Below, piece after piece: positions 30,374-37,866 of a stretch of DNA of 64,000 nucleotides. Origin of the DNA: Nanobdellota archaeon (lineage in GTDB: Archaea > Nanobdellota > Nanobdellia > Parvarchaeales > Parvarchaeaceae); the NCBI GenBank assembly GCA_021810345.1, contig JAJZIX010000001.1, forward strand, positions 7,847 to 71,846, in the 5' to 3' direction. The notes under the pieces are model-generated. The model did not search any database and had not been told where the DNA came from. It saw nothing but the letters and a program-made list of their open reading frames with translations. The translations under genes were made by a program, and so were the position numbers. Numbering within the stretch: the stretch's first letter is position 1; each line of letters begins with the position of its first letter.

Positions 30374-30435
30374 TTATCCTTCAGCGTTAAGGCTTATAAA
30401 ACAGAAAAACCCTCTGATTATATAAATCTTGCAGA

Positions 30436-30509
30436 GCATCGGTAGTCCAGTGGTAAGACACCACCCTGCCACGGTGGTAACCCGGGTCCGAATCCCGGCC
30501 GATGCACCA
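30436..30509 (+). tRNA. tRNA-Gly (anticodon GCC), CCA encoded
   Basis: Acceptor GCATCGG/CCGATGC. Anticodon stem CCACC/GGTGG. Loop CTGCCAC. T-arm CCGGG-TCCGAAT-CCCGG. 3' ACCA. Confidence 0.8.
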
Positions 30510-30623
30510 TTTATTAAATCGTTGCTGCGGTTTTTCTGGCCGCAGTGTCATGCTACTCTTCTTATCCTCCTCTTCTTTCGTCTATACCCGCAAAGCAGCA
30601 GAATTTGGCTGTTGTGGCATATG

Positions 30624-30638
30624 AAAACTATTTATTTA
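30624..30638 (+). promoter_or_regulatory. conserved BRE/TATA-like element (AAAACTATTTATTTA) about 25-35 nt upstream of the pilin ATG
   Basis: The same element recurs upstream of the pilin-family starts at 26751 and 51420. The spacing suggests leaderless or short-leader transcripts. Confidence 0.35.
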
Positions 30639-30659
30639 CTCTCTCCTTTTCTCTCTTAT

Positions 30660-31772
30660 ATGAGTCTCCCACGAAGATCCCAATCAGCATTGGAGTACAT
30701 GATGACTTATGGTTGGGCCATACTGGTCATTGTGATAGTTGCAGGGGTCTTGTACAGTCTAGGTATCTTTTCCCCTTCATCATCGCTGTCAACAACAATA
30801 ACAGGCTTCTCAGGCTTAGGAGTAACTCAAGCTGGATGCGTGAACTCAGTAAACAACCAAATTCTTGAATTGTATGTCACAAACACAGTCGGTTATCCAG
30901 TAAACATAACAAAAATTAACACTACAGGTAACAACGGCGTAGATGCTTCACAAAATGTAAGCTCGATCTTAGGCGATGGGGACTCTGCGGTGTTTTATAT
31001 CAATGGCGCATGCAACAAGTCTTCTTCTTATGGCGGGTCGGTTACTATAACATATACAGAGCCAGGACAAGCCCTTCCAGGGCCTTATTCTTCAACCGGT
31101 AGAGTAGCCAATGTCCTAGTCTCATCTAACTCAAATTTAGTTGCCAGTTTTAATGGTGTTAACTCATTCATAAATGCTTCTTTGAAACAAGAGCCGATCG
31201 GTAAATCTGTCAGAACTGCTATAATGTGGTTTTATGACAGTAATTCAGCCAATAAGCAACATGTATTTGCATATGGCTGTGGAGGTGGATCTTGTGGCGG
31301 AGGTAAATATTTCACGGTTTATATCTCAAATGGTGACTTAACCCTGAATGCGTATTACACCAATCAGGGCGTTTACTCACCAATACAAAATAACACTTGG
31401 TACTTTTTGGTCTATGAATATAATGGCACGGCACAGATAGGCTATGTTGGTTACGCTGGGAATCTTTATAGTGTATACGGAAATTATAATTATAATACAA
31501 CCCAAACGCCTTTGTATATAGGGTGTGAGGGAAATGATAATGGTGCGGTGTGTAATTCTCAGTTTTGGTATGGGTATATCTCCAATTTTCAGTTATACGA
31601 TCAAGCTTTATCAGCAAGGCAGATTACAGACCTATATAAAAGTGGTATGGGAGCTGCACCGCTTTCTAATAGTGGATTAATAAGCTGGTATCCTTTAGAT
31701 GGAAACGCGAATGATTACAGTGGCCAAAATAACAACGGTGTAGCTACCAACGTTCAGTGGGTCTCTACTTAA
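30660..31772 (+). CDS. type IV pilin-like/adhesin protein with a class III signal peptide and a C-terminal LamG-like domain
   Basis: MSLPRRSQSALEYMMTYGWAILVIVIVAGVLYSLGIFSP has a charged n-region, QSALEY and a hydrophobic helix. Secreted-type S/T/N/G-rich composition with many sequons. C-terminus NFQLYDQALSARQITDLY...WYPLDGNANDYSGQNNNGVATNVQWVS resembles LamG_3 motifs. The tracker ORF from 30429 is a spurious extension across tRNA-Gly. Confidence 0.7.
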   Translation: MSLPRRSQSALEYMMTYGWAILVIVIVAGVLYSLGIFSPSSSLSTTITGFSGLGVTQAGCVNSVNNQILELYVTNTVGYPVNITKINTTGNNGVDASQNVSSILGDGDSAVFYINGACNKSSSYGGSVTITYTEPGQALPGPYSSTGRVANVLVSSNSNLVASFNGVNSFINASLKQEPIGKSVRTAIMWFYDSNSANKQHVFAYGCGGGSCGGGKYFTVYISNGDLTLNAYYTNQGVYSPIQNNTWYFLVYEYNGTAQIGYVGYAGNLYSVYGNYNYNTTQTPLYIGCEGNDNGAVCNSQFWYGYISNFQLYDQALSARQITDLYKSGMGAAPLSNSGLISWYPLDGNANDYSGQNNNGVATNVQWVST

Positions 31773-31805
31773 TTGTTCTATTATAATAAGGTGTAGTCAT
31801 CGGCT

Positions 31806-32126
31806 CTATTCTTTTTTTCTGTGTGTAAGTCTATACAGGTAGAACCAATTCCTTATGTTGTTTATCTTCCTTATAATCTGAGAAGGACCTACGAAAAACA
31901 ACACTAACACAACAATAGAGGCCACTGCGATAATAAGCGTATAAGGGTTGAGAAGCCCTATGTACGACAGGCCTCCAAACACCAGAAATGTAGTTATCAA
32001 TCCTGCGTCCTTTCTGTAAGTGTAGGTTATAGCTACAGCAAAGGCGACTATACCTATAAAACCATAGAAGAGAATTGGCTCATTGTACTGCATTGAGAGT
32101 ATTATTGCTGCGAGTACGTTGCTCAT
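31806..32126 (-). CDS. small membrane protein (three TM helices)
   Basis: Hydrophobic profile only. Confidence 0.35.
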   Translation of the reverse strand: MSNVLAAIILSMQYNEPILFYGFIGIVAFAVAITYTYRKDAGLITTFLVFGGLSYIGLLNPYTLIIAVASIVVLVLFFVGPSQIIRKINNIRNWFYLYRLTHRKKE

Positions 32127-32491
32127 AAAAGACTTAATTTTCCAGTTATTTTGTCTATGTCCGCCGTGTAGTAAGGCCCGATCCCTATCGCGGTTTCAGT
32201 CCCGGGCGGTATCTGGGTTTGGCCGGCGTCTTTAACAACCTTGAAAGGAAGCCCTGCAGCCCTGAGTTTTTTCTTCATGTCCTCGAATTCTTCGAGTGTA
32301 TTCACCTTGACAACTACCTTGGTTCCGCCCTCGGAAAGCCACGATTCAACTACATCCTTATGTTTTTTCTCTGTCTCCATATAGCTCATCAAGCTTGCAT
32401 GGGAGGCCTGCGCGGCAATCTTCCCGGTGCCCATCTTCAGGTCTTTTCTTATTATAATCACCTGTTTTATGTCTTGTTTCTCTCTGACCAT
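32123..32491 (-). CDS. pth2: peptidyl-tRNA hydrolase, archaeal Pth2 type
   Basis: KQVIIIRKDLKMGTGKIAAQASHASL matches the Pth2 core ([24 protein letters not shown]). About 120 aa. Confidence 0.8.
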   Translation of the reverse strand: MVREKQDIKQVIIIRKDLKMGTGKIAAQASHASLMSYMETEKKHKDVVESWLSEGGTKVVVKVNTLEEFEDMKKKLRAAGLPFKVVKDAGQTQIPPGTETAIGIGPYYTADIDKITGKLSLL

Positions 32492-32592
32492 TAGATTTAG
32501 ATTTATTTATACGATAAATAATTATCATATCCATCAAAAAGCAAAGAAAACCTATATAAAGGAGGATAATATATTAAATCAATAATCCTGAT

Positions 32593-32766
32593 ATGGAAAA
32601 GGTAAAACAGCACTTTTGTGTTTCATGCAACAGGGAGATAAGCACGATAAAAGATTCTGTGATATTCAAGTGCCCAAACTGCGGCAATGAGCTGGCAAGG
32701 TGCGGTAAGTGCAGAGGGCGCAGCGTGGAGTATGTCTGCAAGGTATGCGGCTTCGAGGGTCCTTAA
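32593..32766 (+). CDS. small zinc-ribbon protein (COG2888-like), 57 aa, not in the ORF track
   Basis: MEKVKQHFCVSCNREISTIKDSVIFKCPNCGNELARCGKCRGRSVEYVCKVCGFEGP has four CxxC pairs. The classic position directly upstream of EF-1beta. Confidence 0.55.
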   Translation: MEKVKQHFCVSCNREISTIKDSVIFKCPNCGNELARCGKCRGRSVEYVCKVCGFEGP

Positions 32767-32767
32767 T

Positions 32768-33037
32768 ATGGGAAAAGTGGTTTTGAAGATAAAAGCACTG
32801 CCAAAGGACACTACATCAGATATAGAAGCATTGAAAAAGCAGCTTAAGGAGTTCCTATCCCAGTTCGGCGATGTATACAAAATAGAGGAACAACCCCTTG
32901 CCTTCGGGCTTACTGTAATACTGATAACCCTCGTAATAGACGAGTCCCAGGGGACCTCCAAGCTCGAGGAAGAATTTCCGAATTTCGACGGGGCCAGCAT
33001 GAATATTATTGAATTAACCCGTGCGCCCGACTTTTAA
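32768..33037 (+). CDS. translation elongation factor 1-beta (aEF-1beta)
   Basis: MGKVVLKIKALPKDTTSDIEALKKQ...IEEQPLAFGLTVILITLVIDESQG...ELTRAPDF. 89 aa. The tracker ORF start at 32687 is an upstream extension. Confidence 0.75.
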   Translation: MGKVVLKIKALPKDTTSDIEALKKQLKEFLSQFGDVYKIEEQPLAFGLTVILITLVIDESQGTSKLEEEFPNFDGASMNIIELTRAPDF

Positions 33038-34111
33038 TTGAGTCTCCAGTTCGTTTAGCAGCAATTTCTTGAAGGCTTCCTCATCTTTTGCTTCTATAGA
33101 TGCGGCGGCTGCCTTGTCATGGCCCCCTCCAGTCCCTTTTATGGTTTTGAAAACCTCCCTGAAAGCGGCAGGCAGGCTTATCCCTTCGACCTGACTGGCG
33201 CGCGCGTTGATTCTTACCAGCTTGTCGTTTATCTTGGTTATGAATATCAGTATGCTGTTGTTGTATTTTTCATCGAAGCTTAGGATTGTCACAAGTGTGG
33301 ATGAATACCTCTTTTTTCTTGGGTCCATATCAAAGAAGATAACTCTGCCGTGGACTTCCTTATGAGCTTCAAACTGTTCGATCAGCTTGTTCAGCTCCTG
33401 TTGAACCTGCTTGTCGGCTGAAACAAGCCTCTCGTTCTTCAGTGTTTCCTCCAGGCTTTTTGAGGATATAAGTATGCCAAGTGCCTCGTCCGACCCATTC
33501 CTGTTGTAAAGGTTTATTATAGCGCCGATCCCGCTTGCGCATACGCCGAAATCGTTGTCGTAGGCGTAATCATCTTTTCCCATTTTGACGTTGTTTTTTG
33601 CTGCGGTCTCAGCTATGAAATCTTTGTTTTCTTTGCCGCCCGAGTCGCTTACTGTGCCAACAGCAGCAATCCAGTCCCAGTCCTTTAGAAGGTCCTGGAA
33701 TATCCTGTACACGACCAGCGAGCATGGAGTATAAGTCTCATCGCCCCACATCTTCGGGTTTAAGTAAACGAAACCACCCGCGTGTATAAGCTCATGATGG
33801 TCTATTACACATAGGTTGTTCTTGTTAAATATCGCCAATTCCTTTTCTTTGACGTTTATGTCGCAGATGATTATGTTTTTTGTGTATTCTGATACGTCAA
33901 GCTTCTTGAAATCTTCATAGTTCGTAGCGCGGTAGTGCACTATATTCTTTCCAAGCGATGAAAGGACCTTTGTCAGCAGCGCAGCGCTGGTTGTGCCATC
34001 CCCATCCAGATGGTAAAATATAGAGAAGTCATCATGGCTTGACATGTAATCCCTCACGCTTTTTACAGCATGCGCTTTTAATTCTTCATCCATACATTTT
34101 AAAATACCCAA
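33014..34111 (-). CDS. DHH-DHHA1 family phosphoesterase (RecJ/NrnA-like)
   Basis: Motifs HLDGDGTTSA (DxD), VIDHH (DHH) and GGGHDKAAAA (DHHA1 GGGH). Confidence 0.65.
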   Translation of the reverse strand: MGILKCMDEELKAHAVKSVRDYMSSHDDFSIFYHLDGDGTTSAALLTKVLSSLGKNIVHYRATNYEDFKKLDVSEYTKNIIICDINVKEKELAIFNKNNLCVIDHHELIHAGGFVYLNPKMWGDETYTPCSLVVYRIFQDLLKDWDWIAAVGTVSDSGGKENKDFIAETAAKNNVKMGKDDYAYDNDFGVCASGIGAIINLYNRNGSDEALGILISSKSLEETLKNERLVSADKQVQQELNKLIEQFEAHKEVHGRVIFFDMDPRKKRYSSTLVTILSFDEKYNNSILIFITKINDKLVRINARASQVEGISLPAAFREVFKTIKGTGGGHDKAAAASIEAKDEEAFKKLLLNELETQLKVGRTG

Positions 34112-34141
34112 GGAATATAGACAATTTCAGCGCTTAAATGC

Positions 34142-36406
34142 CTAATCAGCCTGCTGATTGCTTAATATGTGCCTAAGCTTTTCGTTCGTTTTGTACACTC
34201 TGGCCTTAAGCTTGTCGCTCATCGGTATGTTGTTTTCATACATGTAGGAGACCATTCTTTCCAGAAACAGCTTTGTGGCTATTTTTTCTATCGTTGATCC
34301 GCCGTTTACCTTTAAAGTATAATCTAACGCGGTTTCCGGCACCGCTTCAAATATTACGTATTTGGTTCCAATAGTCTCTGGGTCTTCTGGTACATAAAGC
34401 GCCGCATACCCGCGCGGTGACGGGCCTTTCTTTATGATATCCCTCTCAAAAGACGTGTAATCCTGGTAAGCGAAAGGCTTTGCAGCCACAAGTGTCTTTT
34501 CATCGCCTTTATCATCTTTCTTCACGACTATGTTTAGATGCAGCATATGCTCATCTCCGGCGAACTGTAGATATGCATCCGTTCCGGTGTTCTCTATCAG
34601 GTCTATATTAGCTCTACCGCCGTCCCTACCTCCATGGTATCCAGTAGTATGCAGAGCGTTTGCTTTATAGCCGAAAATTTCGTATTTTTCGCCTCTGAAC
34701 CTCAATTCATCGGGATAATCAACCTTATTGCCGCCTATATGCTCAAACGCTCCACCTATCATGTCGGCTTCATTTGCATGCAAGGCTGCCTTTGCAACAT
34801 GGTTCCCATTTACGAATGCAATTCTGGATGATAGTTTTGCTATGTTGTTGATAACCTTGTAGGTCTCCTTAAGCTGTGCGCCAAGGTTCTGTATTGAGAC
34901 AGAGTACACGCTCTCCCTCAGCTCATTCAAAATCTTGTCATAATCAGGATGGTCGGAAGCGGACACCAGACTTTCGAGTGACCTGCTGTATCCAAGCCTC
35001 TTGTTGTCAATTATATCAGATCTTGCCGCCTTATCGATGCCCCCCTGTGCTAAATCACCCAAAAACAGAGTATATCTATCTTTGCTATCCAGCTTGTCAT
35101 GTGCTATATCAAGTGAGGTTGCCTCAAGAAGCTCATATGCAGTTTTCTGTTCATTGACGCTCGGCGCTCCAACATGCGTGTCGCCTACTAAGATTATTTT
35201 CTTCATGTTCTTCTCTATAGCGAATGGGCCCCCGCCAGATTTTATCAGCGAGTGGCTTATGTGTCTTACGTAGGCTCTCCCATCGTTGCTTATGGAAAAC
35301 AGTACAACTCCCGTGTCAAATGGCTGATCCAGCCTCTTTGAATCGACGCTCTTTCCCCAGCTTTCACTCCTTTTTGTGAGGGCATTTAGATCCTGTAGCG
35401 GCGGCGTGGCCAAAAGCCAAATCGGCTTGCTGTCTTCGACCTCAATTGCGGTGAAGTCAAGCATGGATTCATGTGTTCTGACATAAACATCATCCACCTT
35501 ACCGTTTATTGTATAATCCTTGTGTATCTGATCTATCATTCTTTTCTGGCCGTTTATTAGCGGGGTAACGAATGAGTTTCCGTTATACCTTCCGTTTACG
35601 GCATGCATGACATTGAACTTGACTCCATTTATTTCAAACCTGTTTACAAGGTTATTTGATATTATAACCTTGTTCTTCTTGTTGCCTTCAGAGTATGTCA
35701 GCATCTCCACGAGTTTATTGTTGTAAAGCCTCACAGCTACATCTTTTATACCCGTTTTATCTTTATTTTTCCATTTCGAGACCCCAAAGCTGTCATTGTC
35801 CTCTATGAATGATATTATTGATTGATCTATGTCTTTGTTGTCGGAGAAGATCTCCTTTAAGCTTTTTGCTGCTTTCTTTCCTTTTTTACTTCTGCGCTTT
35901 GATGCTTTTTGTACTTTCTCAAGGGCGGTTATTATCATCTGTACGTTATTATAATCCTTATCTGATATAACATACTCTATTGGTATCCTTTTCTCGTAAG
36001 CAATCTTTAGTATATCCATCAGGGAGTAGTGGGCCAGGGCAAATGCCTCATAAAGGGTGTCGACTCCGCCGTCCTTCCCTTTGTATTTTCCCCTTACGTT
36101 TTCATATATTTCGGTGCCGTATCTTTCGTTTATCCTGTCTTCAAGAAGGTCTATGTACTCTCCTTTCTGCTTACTGTACCTGTTAGCTACATATGGCATA
36201 CCGCCGTTTATGACTATCCTATCTATCTTGTATGGGCTTTCCCTTACAAGCTTTGCAATGTTCTTAAGTACCTCATAGTCCGCGAGTTTTGTGGCCAGCT
36301 CAAGCTCAGAGAGAAAAATGACGTTTGCTTTGATTTCCCTGCCATTGTCGGCTGGAAGCTTAGTTTTTACTTTCTCTTCTAGAAGTTTTTCTAATTCCCC
36401 CACCAT
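34142..36406 (-). CDS. 754-aa protein with a calcineurin-like metallophosphoesterase domain and large unassigned N- and C-terminal regions
   Basis: MPP motifs in order: ILVGDTHVG (GDxH), FLGDLAQGG (GDxxxxG), FVNGNHV (GNH), then HTTGYHGG and GDEHM. About 390 aa upstream of the domain have no recognised family. Confidence 0.55.
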   Translation of the reverse strand: MVGELEKLLEEKVKTKLPADNGREIKANVIFLSELELATKLADYEVLKNIAKLVRESPYKIDRIVINGGMPYVANRYSKQKGEYIDLLEDRINERYGTEIYENVRGKYKGKDGGVDTLYEAFALAHYSLMDILKIAYEKRIPIEYVISDKDYNNVQMIITALEKVQKASKRRSKKGKKAAKSLKEIFSDNKDIDQSIISFIEDNDSFGVSKWKNKDKTGIKDVAVRLYNNKLVEMLTYSEGNKKNKVIISNNLVNRFEINGVKFNVMHAVNGRYNGNSFVTPLINGQKRMIDQIHKDYTINGKVDDVYVRTHESMLDFTAIEVEDSKPIWLLATPPLQDLNALTKRSESWGKSVDSKRLDQPFDTGVVLFSISNDGRAYVRHISHSLIKSGGGPFAIEKNMKKIILVGDTHVGAPSVNEQKTAYELLEATSLDIAHDKLDSKDRYTLFLGDLAQGGIDKAARSDIIDNKRLGYSRSLESLVSASDHPDYDKILNELRESVYSVSIQNLGAQLKETYKVINNIAKLSSRIAFVNGNHVAKAALHANEADMIGGAFEHIGGNKVDYPDELRFRGEKYEIFGYKANALHTTGYHGGRDGGRANIDLIENTGTDAYLQFAGDEHMLHLNIVVKKDDKGDEKTLVAAKPFAYQDYTSFERDIIKKGPSPRGYAALYVPEDPETIGTKYVIFEAVPETALDYTLKVNGGSTIEKIATKLFLERMVSYMYENNIPMSDKLKARVYKTNEKLRHILSNQQAD

Positions 36407-36463
36407 AAGAGAAATTAACTTTGGATATAAATATAAGGTTCCGTTATATTACTTATGTATTAC

Positions 36464-37729
36464 TCATTCAATTGAATCAAATCCACAATATTTTTGCAGT
36501 GGTTTTGGAACCTCTAGGCTGCCGTCCTTGCGCTGGTAGGCCTCTAAAAGCGCTACAAGCGCTCGCTCTATAGGTATCGCGGTTCCATTGACTGTATGCA
36601 CGTACTTTTTTTCTCCGTGCTTGTCCACATACTTTATGTTCAGCCTCCTGCTCTGCCAGTCTGTGCAGTTGGTGAATGATCCAAGCTCCCTGTATTTTTT
36701 CTGGGCGTACATGTATCCCTCTATGTCAAACTTCCTGTATGTAGGCCTGCTGATGTCTCCGCTGCACATACTTAGAATATGGTAGGGTATGCCAAGTTCC
36801 TCCCATATTTCACGCGAGTTGGAGAGGGTCTCGTTTAGGTATTTATCAGAATCCTCTGGCTTGCAGAATATGAACTGTTCTATCTTGTCGAATTGATGAA
36901 CCCTGAATATGCCTTTTGTATCTTTTCCATGCGAGCCGGCTTCCCTCCTGAACGACGGGCTTATTCCCACGAATTTTATCGGAAGGTCGCCCTCCGGCAA
37001 AACCTCGTTCATAAACATCGTTCCCAGAGGATGCTCTGCCGTGGCGATTAGGTACCTCTCTTCATCCCCTTCATCTTCTTTTCCGCTTACCTTGTATAGG
37101 GCCTCCTCGAAGTCCTCGAGTGCAGCTATGCCCTTGAAGGCTTCTTTTTTCAGCATAAATGGCGGCTCTACGGGCAGATAGCCCTTTGAGCTCAGCTTAT
37201 CTATGGCGTAGAACTCCAGTGCCATCGCCAGCTTCACAAGCTTACCTTTTAGGTAATAGAACCTGGAGCCGGTTACCTTAGCTGCCCTTTCCATGTCAAG
37301 CAGAGATTTGGATATCGCGACTTCATCGTGGCTTTTGACCTCAAAGTCGAATTTTTTAATCTCCCCCACTTTCTCTATCTCCTTATTCCCGGAATCATCC
37401 TTACCTACTGGGGTGTCTAGCGACAGCAGGTTCGGTATGTTAAGGAATATTGAATAGGCTTCCTGCAGCTCTTTTTCGATCTCAGCTTCGTCTCCAGCTA
37501 TCTTCTCTCTGATAGCTTTTATCTCATCCTTATCCTTATCCGTCTGTGATTGGAAGTTCTTGCTGACTTCGTTGCGCCTGTGCCTAAGCTTGTCAACTTC
37601 ATTTCTCTTTTTCTTGACGTCTTCGTAGAGGGCTATAACTTTGTCTACGTCGACGTCAAGGTTCCTCTTTTTGATAGAGTCAACCAGTGCATCTCTGTTC
37701 TCTTTTACGTAATTAAGGTCATATTCCAT
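36464..37729 (-). CDS. serS: seryl-tRNA synthetase
   Basis: N-terminal coiled coil. Class II motif 2 GISPSFRREAGSHGKDTKGIFRVHQF. 421 aa. Confidence 0.85.
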   Translation of the reverse strand: MEYDLNYVKENRDALVDSIKKRNLDVDVDKVIALYEDVKKKRNEVDKLRHRRNEVSKNFQSQTDKDKDEIKAIREKIAGDEAEIEKELQEAYSIFLNIPNLLSLDTPVGKDDSGNKEIEKVGEIKKFDFEVKSHDEVAISKSLLDMERAAKVTGSRFYYLKGKLVKLAMALEFYAIDKLSSKGYLPVEPPFMLKKEAFKGIAALEDFEEALYKVSGKEDEGDEERYLIATAEHPLGTMFMNEVLPEGDLPIKFVGISPSFRREAGSHGKDTKGIFRVHQFDKIEQFIFCKPEDSDKYLNETLSNSREIWEELGIPYHILSMCSGDISRPTYRKFDIEGYMYAQKKYRELGSFTNCTDWQSRRLNIKYVDKHGEKKYVHTVNGTAIPIERALVALLEAYQRKDGSLEVPKPLQKYCGFDSIE

Positions 37730-37785
37730 ACTGAGATATGTATATTAATTATCAAATCTAATTTAAATATAGTATTTTAGGCTTT

Positions 37786-37858
37786 GGGTCCATGGTCTAG
37801 TGGTTATGACGTCTGCTTGACGTGCAGAAGGCCGGGAGTTCAAATCTCCCTGGGCCCA
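37786..37858 (+). tRNA. tRNA-Val (anticodon GAC)
   Basis: Acceptor GGGTCCA/TGGGCCC. Anticodon stem TCTGC/GCAGA. Loop TTGACGT. T-arm GGGAG-TTCAAAT-CTCCC. Confidence 0.8.
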
Positions 37859-37866
37859 TCTATTAC

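Noticed and set aside
30429-30659. N-terminal 77-codon extension of the pilin ORF reported by the ORF track
   Set aside because: It reads straight through the tRNA-Gly gene. The conserved promoter and ATG at 30660 are shared with the paralog at 51420.
32687-32767. Upstream extension of EF-1beta (MSWQGAVSAEGAAW...)
   Set aside because: It overlaps the zinc-ribbon gene in another frame. EF-1beta proteins are about 89 aa and start at MGKVVLKIK.
34142-36406. Identification of the large MPP protein as Mre11 or the PolD small subunit DP1
   Set aside because: No Rad50 or DP2 neighbour. The size and N-terminal sequence do not fit either family, so it is kept as a generic metallophosphoesterase-domain protein.
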